From NCBI GenBank assembly GCA_965248535.1, contig CBDFJR010000002.1:1952001-2016000 (forward strand): a stretch of DNA of 64,000 nucleotides. The letters run 5' to 3'. The DNA is from Phormidesmis sp. (GTDB lineage Bacteria; Cyanobacteriota; Cyanobacteriia; Leptolyngbyales; Leptolyngbyaceae). Shown here piece by piece: positions 17,587-26,606 of the stretch; the stretch's first letter is position 1, and each line of letters opens with the position of its first letter. The notes below the pieces were generated by a model, which was given only the letters and a program-made list of their open reading frames with translations, was not told where the DNA came from and made no database searches. Made by a program: the position numbers and the translations under genes.

Positions 17587-19401
17587 TTGCCCATGATTTT
17601 TAACTTGACGTTGCACATTCGTCGCTGGTTGCTCGGTTTAGGAGTGGCGATCGCTATCACGATCGGGCTATCGGGCTGCAATCCTCATTTGTTAAAAACT
17701 CAAGTAGCGCAGGTGCCGCAACTGATTCTCAGCACGCTTAACGACCCCAAAACCTTTAACCCGGCGCTGATTCAAGAGTTTCCTAATATCTCGCTGTTTT
17801 GTTTTGAAGGGTTGACCAAATCTGACGGATTGACGGGCGAGATTGTGCCAGCGTTGGCGGAGTCTTGGCAGATTTCTGACGATCGTCAGCGCGTCGTGTT
17901 TAAGCTGCGATCAGGGCTGAAATGGTCAGACGGTCAGCCGTTAACCGCCGATGATGTGGTGTTTACGTTTGAGACGATTTTTAACCCCAAGATTCCGACT
18001 GACTGGAAGGACGGCCTTAAAGTTGGGCTGCAAGGTGTGTTTCCGATCGTTAAAAAACTGGATAACTTACGCATTGAGTTTGCGCTGCCAGAGCCGTTTG
18101 CGCCGTTGTTAAATGCCTTGTCTGGCGCGCCCGATAATATTGTCATTTTGCCAAAACATATTCTCGGCGACTCGGTGAAGACGATCGGGCGTGACGGCAA
18201 TCCGCCTTTTCTCTCAACTTGGGGGACGGACACTGACCCGAAAACGCTGGTCGTGAATGGGGCTTATCAGATCGAAAGTTTTCTCGGCGGGCAGCGATTG
18301 GTCTATCGGCGCAACCCTTATTATTGGCGCAAAGATGCCCAGGGCAACCAGTTGCCCTATATCGATCGCATCATTTGGCAATTTATTGAAAATGTCGATA
18401 CGCAATTGCTGCGGTTTCGATCGGGCGATCTCGATGTGATGGGCGATGCGCGTCCTCTGCGACCCGAATATTTTTCTCTGCTAAAGAAAGAAGAACAGCG
18501 CGGAAATTTTAAGCTGCAAAACGGCGGCGCTTGGTCAGGCACGCTTTACATGGCGTTCAATCTCAATCAAGCGTCTAAAAATGGCAAGCCGATCGTAGAC
18601 CCGATCAAATCTCGCTGGTTCAATACGCTGGCGTTTCGTCAAGCCGTAGCCTACGCCATCGATCGCGATCGGATGAATAACAATATCTTTCGCGGCTTGG
18701 GCACGATTCAAAACTCGCCGATTACGGTGCAAAGTCCGTTTTTTCTGTCGCCCAAAGACGGTTTAAAGACCTACGACTATCAGCCGCAGCGATCGCGAGA
18801 ATTGCTCAAAGGTGCCGGATTCAAACTCAATAATCAAGGACAGTTATTGGATTCTGACGGTCATCGAGTCCGGTTTACGTTGATTACCAACGCGGGCAAC
18901 AAAGTCAGAGAAGCGATCGGGGCGCAAATCAAACAAGACCTAAGCAAAATTGGCATTCAGCTAGACTTCAACCCGATCAATTTCAACACCTTGATCGACA
19001 AAACTTCGACTTCACGAGAGTGGGATGCCCACATGATCGGCTTCACAGGCGGCGTTGAACCCCACAGCGCAGCCAATCTGTGGATGAGTGGTGGCGGCTC
19101 TCACTCATTTAATCTCAAGCAGCAGCCAGGGCAGCCGCCGATCCAAAACTGGGTCGCCAACGACTGGGAACAAGCCATCGATCGCTTATTTATTCAAGGC
19201 TCACGAGAACTCGACCCCGCAAAACGTCAAAAAATCTACGCTCAGTTTCAGCAAATTGTGCAAGAACAATTGCCTGTGATTCATCTCGTCAACGACTCGG
19301 CGCTGATGGTGACCCGCGATCGGGTTCAAGGTCTAAAATACTCCGGTCTACCCAGTTGGGGACTTTGGAACATCGACGAACTTAGAATTAGAAAAGAATG
19401 A
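17587..19401 (+). CDS. Peptide/nickel ABC transporter substrate-binding lipoprotein, paralog of 14018-15796
   Basis: Lipobox LSGC; shares NPYYWRKDAQG, FRQAVAYAIDRD and NPINFNT with the upstream paralog. Confidence 0.9.
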   Translation: MPMIFNLTLHIRRWLLGLGVAIAITIGLSGCNPHLLKTQVAQVPQLILSTLNDPKTFNPALIQEFPNISLFCFEGLTKSDGLTGEIVPALAESWQISDDRQRVVFKLRSGLKWSDGQPLTADDVVFTFETIFNPKIPTDWKDGLKVGLQGVFPIVKKLDNLRIEFALPEPFAPLLNALSGAPDNIVILPKHILGDSVKTIGRDGNPPFLSTWGTDTDPKTLVVNGAYQIESFLGGQRLVYRRNPYYWRKDAQGNQLPYIDRIIWQFIENVDTQLLRFRSGDLDVMGDARPLRPEYFSLLKKEEQRGNFKLQNGGAWSGTLYMAFNLNQASKNGKPIVDPIKSRWFNTLAFRQAVAYAIDRDRMNNNIFRGLGTIQNSPITVQSPFFLSPKDGLKTYDYQPQRSRELLKGAGFKLNNQGQLLDSDGHRVRFTLITNAGNKVREAIGAQIKQDLSKIGIQLDFNPINFNTLIDKTSTSREWDAHMIGFTGGVEPHSAANLWMSGGGSHSFNLKQQPGQPPIQNWVANDWEQAIDRLFIQGSRELDPAKRQKIYAQFQQIVQEQLPVIHLVNDSALMVTRDRVQGLKYSGLPSWGLWNIDELRIRKE

Positions 19402-19434
19402 CTTGACTGATTAAACTCCCTCTTCCTGCTCAAC

Positions 19435-20232
19435 ATGACTCAACCCGAAGCTCTCAAAACTCTCCTTAACTCTGTGGCGCTAGGAGACATTAGCCCAGAG
19501 GACGCGATCGCTAAACTCAAACATCTCTCCTATGAGCGCGTCGGAGACTTTGCCCACATCGATCACCATCGCGCCCTGCGGACAGGCTTCCCCGAAGTGA
19601 TTTGGGGGCCCGGAAAAACACCCCAGCAGATCGCCCAAATCATCGAAGCCATGCGAGACCGCACCTCGGTGATCATGGCAACTCGCATCGAGCCTGACGT
19701 TTACGCGGCGGTGAAAGCGATCGTGCCCGATGTCCACTACTACGCCACGGCTCGAATTTGTGCTTTAAAGTCTCCCGAAAACCTGACCCAAAGCAGTTCT
19801 CAGATCGGAGTGATCGGCATTCTCTCAGCCGGAACCGCAGACCTTCCTGTGGCCGAAGAAGCCGCCATCACCGCCGAGCTTTGTGGCTTTAAGGTGCAGC
19901 GCCTGTGGGATGTCGGAGTCGCCGGAATTCATCGACTTTTAAGCAACCTGCACGTCTTAAATGATGCCGATGTGCTGATTGTCGTGGCAGGCATGGAAGG
20001 CGCACTGCCCAGCGTAGTCGGGGGCTTGGCAGATTGCCCGATCGTCGCTGTGCCAACGAGTGTCGGCTATGGCGCGAGCTTTAACGGACTCGCACCCCTG
20101 TTGACCATGCTCAACTCCTGCGCTGCGGGGATCGGGGTCGTCAACATCGACAACGGGTTTGGAGCCGCCATCCTAGCCGGACAAATTCTGAGAACTGCCG
20201 CAAAGCTCAGAGCAAAGTCAGAAACCCCTTAG
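19435..20232 (+). CDS. larB: LarB/CpmA family (AIR-carboxylase-like) protein
   Basis: DHHRALRTGFPEV, AGTADLPVAEEA, DVGVAGIHRL, AGMEGALPSV, NIDNGFGAA. Confidence 0.9.
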   Translation: MTQPEALKTLLNSVALGDISPEDAIAKLKHLSYERVGDFAHIDHHRALRTGFPEVIWGPGKTPQQIAQIIEAMRDRTSVIMATRIEPDVYAAVKAIVPDVHYYATARICALKSPENLTQSSSQIGVIGILSAGTADLPVAEEAAITAELCGFKVQRLWDVGVAGIHRLLSNLHVLNDADVLIVVAGMEGALPSVVGGLADCPIVAVPTSVGYGASFNGLAPLLTMLNSCAAGIGVVNIDNGFGAAILAGQILRTAAKLRAKSETP

Positions 20233-20251
20233 AAGCTGACTCAATCCGACC

Positions 20252-21076
20252 CTAGCGACGGTCAGGAGCCGGGGATGGAGTTGACTTTTTACAGTCCTCG
20301 GCATACACCCGAAAATAGTCTATGTCCATCACCCTGGGCAATTTAGCCTTTGAGACATCGCCGCACCACCCGCCGCAGGTTTTGACCCCAACACCCGGAA
20401 AAAGGGCTTTGGTGGCGACCCCGATCGTCGTTCGCCATCGTTCTTGCCCATCAATATAAAAAACGAGTAAGTCCGGCCGCCAGCGCAGTCCGTAGGTGTG
20501 GTAGCGCCGACTCAACGCCACCGGACTCTCCCATGTCCCCTCGTTGGATTTGTTGTCAGCGTCGTAGTGATTGGTCATAAACACTTTGCGCTCTTGCTGC
20601 GGAATCTCAAACACGTCGATCTCTGGCGGCCAAGAGCGATCGACGGCCCCAAAATCAAAAAACGACAACAGCCCATCTCCTGACACAATCTTGGCCCGCA
20701 CCTCCCAATAGCCATAGGTTTGAGAAAATTTGCCATAGGTGTTGATCTGGGAACTCGCAAACGGCTTGCCCTCCACCGATCGCTTCTCAACTTTGATGTG
20801 CGCGGCTCCATTCTTGACCCACACATTGTCATCGGTGTAGTAGTTGAGAGACCCATCGTGAATGGTGCCGTCGCCCCACCAAAACCGAGTTGTCCACTTC
20901 GACCCATCCAGCGACTTGCCATCAAACTCGTCATGAAAGGTTTGCCTCAAGGTGCAAGATTCTCGCAGCGGGTCGGCAAAAACCGTCGATCGCGACACGC
21001 AGCCTAGACCCGTCAGGAGCACCGCAAAACAAAGAACTATTAACCTTAGCCCCGCCAGCTTGGTCTGTTTTTTCAT
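20252..21076 (-). CDS. Secreted glycoside hydrolase family 16
   Basis: Signal peptide, FHDEFDG, YGYWEVRAK, WPPEIDVFE catalytic motif, DYFRVY. Confidence 0.88.
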   Translation of the reverse strand: MKKQTKLAGLRLIVLCFAVLLTGLGCVSRSTVFADPLRESCTLRQTFHDEFDGKSLDGSKWTTRFWWGDGTIHDGSLNYYTDDNVWVKNGAAHIKVEKRSVEGKPFASSQINTYGKFSQTYGYWEVRAKIVSGDGLLSFFDFGAVDRSWPPEIDVFEIPQQERKVFMTNHYDADNKSNEGTWESPVALSRRYHTYGLRWRPDLLVFYIDGQERWRTTIGVATKALFPGVGVKTCGGWCGDVSKAKLPRVMDIDYFRVYAEDCKKSTPSPAPDRR

Positions 21077-21083
21077 GCGAGTT

Positions 21084-22166
21084 TTAGGATTTTAGGCTGC
21101 CTCGCTTTAGCTGTTCTTGCTCGATCGCTTCAAACAAGGCCCTAAAATTGCCCTCTCCAAACCCTTGAGCTTGATGCAAGCGATCGTTGACTTCATAAGT
21201 CTGGCGCTCGATCAACTCAAAAAAGAACGTCGGTTGCTCAAAAATGGGTTGAGTAAAGGTTTGCAGCAAAACCGCTTTAGGCAAGTCTGCTGACCAATCG
21301 ACCAAAATCTGCTGGGCCGCGATCGCCTCTAGCTCGGTCTCAGAGAGCGCACAATCAGGGCGCTGCCGCAACTGAGTGTAATAAGTGGCAGGCACATTCA
21401 AAAACGCAAGACCTGCCTGACGGAGTTGAGCGATCGCATCCACAATATTCTCGACATGAATCGCAATATGCTGCACCCCTGCGCCTCGATTCAGATCTAA
21501 AAATTCTTGAATCTGAGAACTATCGGAAGTCGGCTCATTGATCGGCACCTGCACCCGACCATTGGGATATCGCATCACCCGACTGCACAGCCCAGAGCGA
21601 TCGGTTTTAATCGCAAACATCTGCTGCGGCTCAAAGCCAAGAACGGCTTCATACCAGTCTACGGCTCGGTCTAAATCACCCAACGCCACATTGAGCACGA
21701 CATGATCAATCCGGCTAAAGGTGACCCTCGGAGCCGCCCCCAACGGCTGACCCAGGGGCAATGAAGAGGGAATCAACCGTTCAACCAGCGTGTGGTTTAA
21801 AGTTCCCCAAGCGGCAATCTGGGCCCATTTTAGGGTTTCTTGAGTTTGCAGAGGTTGCAGGACTTTGGCTCCCTGGTCGATCGCCCACTCCATCACCGTG
21901 TCTAGATCCTCTACTGCCAGAGCCACATCGACCACACCGGGAGGATGGGCGCGCAAAAAATCAGCGACCGGACTGGAATCGTTGAGCGGAGCCGAGAAGA
22001 CCAGATAGATCGAGCCATGGGCAACCACTTCAACTTGAGTGTGACCAGACGGGGCGATCGTAAAGCAAAACTCGTTTGGAATCGAGTAAAAGCCCATTTT
22101 TTGAATAAACCAGTCTCGCGATTGACCCGCGTCTTCTACATAAAAATGAATGTGATCGATTTGCAT
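21084..22166 (-). CDS. hppD: 4-hydroxyphenylpyruvate dioxygenase
   Basis: IDHVVLNV, PINEP, SQIQEFL, GVQHIA, FFFELIER, GFGEGNFRALF. Confidence 0.95.
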   Translation of the reverse strand: MQIDHIHFYVEDAGQSRDWFIQKMGFYSIPNEFCFTIAPSGHTQVEVVAHGSIYLVFSAPLNDSSPVADFLRAHPPGVVDVALAVEDLDTVMEWAIDQGAKVLQPLQTQETLKWAQIAAWGTLNHTLVERLIPSSLPLGQPLGAAPRVTFSRIDHVVLNVALGDLDRAVDWYEAVLGFEPQQMFAIKTDRSGLCSRVMRYPNGRVQVPINEPTSDSSQIQEFLDLNRGAGVQHIAIHVENIVDAIAQLRQAGLAFLNVPATYYTQLRQRPDCALSETELEAIAAQQILVDWSADLPKAVLLQTFTQPIFEQPTFFFELIERQTYEVNDRLHQAQGFGEGNFRALFEAIEQEQLKRGSLKS

Positions 22167-22399
22167 AAAAACCCGACTACTTCGCCCAATGACTCTGCCT
22201 GTAGATTTTGCCTTGATTATCGAATTTTAGGGTCGCTCTCAAGGAAGAATCCAGATCAGGGCGATGCGTGCCCCGTGGCATAGACCAAACCTTGCATCTC
22301 TACAATCAAGTTGTGGATCAATAGTTCTAGGAGTGATGCCCCGATCGTGTGATCGAGAGCAGATATCTGATATCGTGACAAAAAGCCACGGGAGGAGCA

Positions 22400-23230
22400 G
22401 TGGAGTATTCGGATTCATCAACACAGGCAGAGCAACTCAAAGCCATCGGGTCAAAACTGAGCCACGAGCGCGAAGTACGATCGGTGTCTTTAGAAGCGAT
22501 TGCGACCAAAACCTACATCCCCCTGCGTCTGCTCAGTGCGATCGAAGCAGGACGACTTGATCTATTGCCAGAACCCGTTTTTGTTCAGGGGTTTATTCGT
22601 CGCTATGCTGACACGCTGGGCTTAGATGGAACCGCCTTATCCAAGGAGTTTGCGATCGAGTCGCCTGTACCTAGATATGAGACCTTGCCCCCGCTAGAGC
22701 CAGTCGAGGTTTTGTCCGATTCCTCCTCTGAGCGTCCAGTCTGGCTTTATGCGCTTGCAGGCACGATCGGGCTAGGAGCGCTAGGGCTAATCGTCACCAG
22801 TCTGGTCAACCATGCCAAACCGACTGCCCCCCCCACCGCAAAACCCGTCACCTCTAACAGCGTCGCCCCTCAAAAAGCACCGCCCAAAGCGCCTGCACCA
22901 TCCCCTAGCTCCCCGTCAGCTTCGCCGAGTCCAATCGCCAGCGCTTCGCCCAGTCCGAGTGTTAGCCCTTCACCTGTGGCCACCGGCCCCGTGGCCATCA
23001 AGCTAAATGTGACCGACGAAAGCTGGGTCGAGGTGATGGTAGACGGCAAAGTAGAGTTTGAGGGCACCTTGCAAAAGGGCACGCAAAAAACCTGGGGTGG
23101 ACAAAAGCAAGTCACGATTAGCTCCGGCAACGCAGGCGGCATCTTGGTGTCTTACAACAATGGGGCGGCTAAACCTCTGGGCGCACCGGGCGATATCGTG
23201 CAAAACGTGAAATTTCCACCGACTCCCTAG
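22400..23230 (+). CDS. RodZ-like protein (HTH, TM helix, DUF4115-like domain)
   Basis: LPEPVFVQGFIRRYA, TM helix, Pro/Ser linker, SWVEV...GNAGG. Confidence 0.85.
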   Translation: MEYSDSSTQAEQLKAIGSKLSHEREVRSVSLEAIATKTYIPLRLLSAIEAGRLDLLPEPVFVQGFIRRYADTLGLDGTALSKEFAIESPVPRYETLPPLEPVEVLSDSSSERPVWLYALAGTIGLGALGLIVTSLVNHAKPTAPPTAKPVTSNSVAPQKAPPKAPAPSPSSPSASPSPIASASPSPSVSPSPVATGPVAIKLNVTDESWVEVMVDGKVEFEGTLQKGTQKTWGGQKQVTISSGNAGGILVSYNNGAAKPLGAPGDIVQNVKFPPTP

Positions 23231-23249
23231 GCGGGTTGAGGGCTAACGC

Positions 23250-24041
23250 TTAGGCTCGAACCAGCTTTTGGGCGATCGCGACTGCCCGATCGAGTCCCTG
23301 GGCTTGATATTGCCCCGCCGCGTAGTGATCAAGGTGTTGAAAGACCGCGATCGAGGGCACCGTGCAGCAGGTAAAAAACTCTAGCGCTGCTTTGCCATCG
23401 GGCAACAGCCGAATCTTAGGGGAGAGATCTTTCACTGCTTCGGTGCGCCACTGCCACTGCACCTGAGCCGGAAGCGCATCAATCAGCCGATGATTTGACC
23501 AGTTGCGAGCCGCGCCCAAGGCCCCAAACTCCTTGAGTTCTCGCCGCAGCACTGAGGCAATCACAAACGACATTGGGGAGCGATCGCCGATCACAGCTTC
23601 CATAAAATTAGCCAATCTCCCGGCTGGCGCTGGCGGATTTTCTAGCCCGTCACAGGTCTTTAAAGCCGCTTCTAAAAGGGCGGTGGTGCTCAATGGCTCT
23701 GGCAGCGCCCAAGTCACGCTCAGACCCTCTTCTTGAAAGCGATAGAGATAGCTCACAAGCCGAATGCCAGGTTTTAGCTTGAGTCCGGGTAGCTTGATGA
23801 GGGCAGCGCCTGGGTTGGCCGCACTGATAAACCACTTTCCCCCCAAGTTCGGCATATGCGCGGTGAGGTCTGGGGTGTCGCCTACTCGAAATAAATCTCC
23901 CAAACCTGCCAGAGAATCCGGCTCGGCGAGGTCAAGCGATCGGGCTTGGGGATGATTTTCTGATTCGGGCAACGCTAGCGCAATTTTCAGGTGTTGCCTA
24001 ATTTTCTGAAGCGCTTCTAAAGGGACTTTTTGAGTAGACAT
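23250..24041 (-). CDS. Hypothetical protein
   Basis: 263-aa ORF with ATG start filling the gap between flanking genes. Confidence 0.7.
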   Translation of the reverse strand: MSTQKVPLEALQKIRQHLKIALALPESENHPQARSLDLAEPDSLAGLGDLFRVGDTPDLTAHMPNLGGKWFISAANPGAALIKLPGLKLKPGIRLVSYLYRFQEEGLSVTWALPEPLSTTALLEAALKTCDGLENPPAPAGRLANFMEAVIGDRSPMSFVIASVLRRELKEFGALGAARNWSNHRLIDALPAQVQWQWRTEAVKDLSPKIRLLPDGKAALEFFTCCTVPSIAVFQHLDHYAAGQYQAQGLDRAVAIAQKLVRA

Positions 24042-24153
24042 AAGAGAGTTAGGAATCGCGCCTTTTTATTTAGAATTCCCAAATGCAAGCCAAGTACAGC
24101 GTTTTAATGGCTTCTCGACTCATAATGAGAACAGGACTTTACATTGCTTCATC

Positions 24154-25668
24154 ATGGCGAGAGATCTGCGAGGATTCATCAAACAGCTTGAGCAACGGGG
24201 GCAGTTGCGCCGCATTAGCGCCCCTGTTGACTCAGATTTAGAGATCGCTGAGATTGCAAACCGGATGTTGCAGCGGGGCGGGCCAGGGCTGCTGTTTGAA
24301 ACCGTCAAAGGCTCTCCCTACCCCGTCGCGATCAATCTTTTAGGAACCGTCGAGCGGGTTTGCTGGGCGATGAATATGGAGTCTCCGCAGGAGTTAGAGA
24401 CGTTGGGCAAAAAACTGGCGCTGCTCTATCAGCCCAGACCACCCAAAAAAGTATCTCAAGCGATCGACCTCGGCAAAGTCTTGTTTGATGTCTTGCGAGC
24501 AAAGCCCGATCGTGACCTGTTTCCGGTCTGTCAGCAGGTGGTGCTCAAAGGCGATGACGTAGATCTGACCACGCTGCCGATGCTGCGCGTTTATCCCGGT
24601 GATGCGGGCAAGGTGATGACGCTAGGATTGATGATCACCAAAGATCCCGAAACCAAGATTCCGAATGTGGGTGTCTATCGCTTGCAGTTGCAGTCCAAGA
24701 ATACGATGACCGTGCAGTGGCTCTCGGTGCGCGGCCCAACTCGACATTTGAGAAAGGCGGCCGCAATGGGACAGGATTTGGAAGTGGCGATCGCTCTAGG
24801 AGTCGATCCCCTCGTGATTTTGGCGGCTGCGACTCCCGTCCCGGTTGATCTGTCTGAGTGGCTGTTTGCCGGACTCTATGGCGGATCGGGCATTCATTTA
24901 GCTAAGTGCAAAACCGTTGATCTAGAGGTGCCCGCCACGTCTGAAATCGTCCTAGAAGGCACCGTCACGCCAGGCGACGTAGGCATAGATGGGCCAGCAG
25001 GCGATCACATGGGCTACTACGGCGGCGTAAATGAGAAAGCCCCCCTGTTTCGATTTCACTGCATGACTCACCGCAACGATCCGATTTATCTGACGACCTT
25101 TAGCGGTCGGCCGCCTAAAGAAGACGCGATGATGGCTCTAGCGCTCAACCGGGTCTACACGCCCATTCTCAGACAGCAAGTGCCCGAAATCATCGATTTC
25201 TTTTTGCCGATGGAGGCGTTGAGTTATAAAGCGGCCGTGATCTCGATCGACAAAGTGTATCCTGGGCACGCCCGCCGCGCTGCGCTGGCATTTTGGAGCG
25301 CCTTGCCGCAGTTTAGCTATACAAAATTTGTGATTGTGGTCGATAAAGACATCAACATTCGCGACCCTAGAGCCGTCGTTTGGGCCATTACTTCAAAAGT
25401 TGACCCCGCTAGAGATGTCTTTATTTTGCCCGATAACCCCTTTGACTCTCTGGATTTTGCCACTGAAAAACCCGGTTTAGGCAGCAAGATGGGCATTGAT
25501 GCGACGACGAAACTCTATCCAGAAACCGATCGCCCCTGGGCTGCGCCGTTGGTGTCTGACCCCGATGTGGCAGCCATGGTCGATCGGCGCTGGGCGCAAT
25601 ATGGGCTGGCAGATTTGGAGCTTGGCGAAGTCGATCCCAGTCTGTTTGGCTATGACATGAGCGTCTAG
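24154..25668 (+). CDS. ubiD: UbiD-family decarboxylase
   Basis: MARDLRGFI, NVGVYRLQ, EIVLEG, GDHMGYY, DSLDFA, SKMGIDAT. Confidence 0.92.
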   Translation: MARDLRGFIKQLEQRGQLRRISAPVDSDLEIAEIANRMLQRGGPGLLFETVKGSPYPVAINLLGTVERVCWAMNMESPQELETLGKKLALLYQPRPPKKVSQAIDLGKVLFDVLRAKPDRDLFPVCQQVVLKGDDVDLTTLPMLRVYPGDAGKVMTLGLMITKDPETKIPNVGVYRLQLQSKNTMTVQWLSVRGPTRHLRKAAAMGQDLEVAIALGVDPLVILAAATPVPVDLSEWLFAGLYGGSGIHLAKCKTVDLEVPATSEIVLEGTVTPGDVGIDGPAGDHMGYYGGVNEKAPLFRFHCMTHRNDPIYLTTFSGRPPKEDAMMALALNRVYTPILRQQVPEIIDFFLPMEALSYKAAVISIDKVYPGHARRAALAFWSALPQFSYTKFVIVVDKDINIRDPRAVVWAITSKVDPARDVFILPDNPFDSLDFATEKPGLGSKMGIDATTKLYPETDRPWAAPLVSDPDVAAMVDRRWAQYGLADLELGEVDPSLFGYDMSV

Positions 25669-25734
25669 ATCGGATATTCCTCTAAAAGGTCGTAGTTTCC
25701 CCCGATCGGAGTACACCTCTTTTTTCTTAAAAAC

Positions 25735-25750
25735 TGTATGATTGGATACA
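25735..25750. promoter_or_regulatory. NtcA binding site
   Basis: TGTA-TGATTGGA-TACA, a perfect GTA-N8-TAC, directly upstream of the riboswitch. Confidence 0.75.
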
Positions 25751-25760
25751 GAAGGAAAAA

Positions 25761-25822
25761 CGTTCATCCCCTCTAAAAACACAGACGGGGACGGAAGTAA
25801 GGACATTCCTGAAGGAACGCGC
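25761..25822 (+). ncRNA. Glutamine riboswitch (glnA RNA motif)
   Basis: CGTTCATCCCC...GGGGACGGAAGTAAGG...CCTGAAGGAACGCGC matches the glnA motif; upstream of a DUF4278 gene. Confidence 0.88.
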
Positions 25823-25863
25823 TTCTCTTCATCCCATAAAGCAACTTTTTGGAGAAGCGACTC

Positions 25864-26310
25864 ATGAAACTGATTTATCGTGGCAACACTTACGACTACG
25901 ACCCGACCCAATCTAGACCCACCAACGCCGGGCGACCCGTCAAGTCTGCACCCCGTCTTCAAGCACCCTACACCTTGATGTATCGTGGCGAAACCTATCA
26001 CGTCGATCCGACGGCTCCTCAAGCTCCAGCTTTCTCTCAGCCCAGAGCCTATGATCTGATCTACCGGGGCGAAACCTATCACGTCGATCGTGATGCTCAA
26101 GGAACCTTAACGGCCTTGACTCAAGCGACCCATTCCTCTCGATCAAAGCCCGTTGCGACTAGAGTGTCTCAGCGAGAACTGAATCGATTGCATCAAGCCA
26201 ACTTGTTGAGCAACCTACAGCGCCGCTTGCAAGCTGCTCAAGAACGGGGCGATCAAACGCTGCTTGACTTGCTAGAGGCAGAGCGCCAGCAAATCACAAC
26301 CAGCCACTAA
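25864..26310 (+). CDS. DUF4278-repeat protein with PirA-like C-terminus
   Basis: Three LxYRGxTY repeats; C-terminal HQANLLSNLQRRLQAAQERGDQTLLDLLEAE. Confidence 0.8.
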   Translation: MKLIYRGNTYDYDPTQSRPTNAGRPVKSAPRLQAPYTLMYRGETYHVDPTAPQAPAFSQPRAYDLIYRGETYHVDRDAQGTLTALTQATHSSRSKPVATRVSQRELNRLHQANLLSNLQRRLQAAQERGDQTLLDLLEAERQQITTSH

Positions 26311-26330
26311 ATCTTCTGTAGAGTTTTATC

Positions 26331-26370
26331 AAACGTAGGCGCTTTCTGTGGAGAGTGCCTACGTTTTTTT
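26331..26370 (+). terminator. Intrinsic terminator
   Basis: AAACGTAGGCGCTTTC-TGTG-GAGAGTGCCTACGTTTTTTT. Confidence 0.85.
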
Positions 26371-26606
26371 GTAGCAGTCCCGACGGCCAATCATCAGCCG
26401 GATTCTCATCGCAGCGCTAATGTCAAGGAAATTTGACGATCGAATCGGCGCTTAAATTAACTAGACTATAGAGATAGCCAGGGTTGTGGCGCGATCGTCA
26501 ATAATGAGTCTCGACAGGGATCGTAATCGGCACTACACTTGGTTTCTATCTATTGCATCTTTAGATACAAAAATTATCCACTTAGACGGTTTGGCGAGGT
26601 TCCTCA

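Noticed and set aside
22820..22980. Pro/Ser repeats in the RodZ-like gene
   Set aside because: Ordinary low-complexity linker
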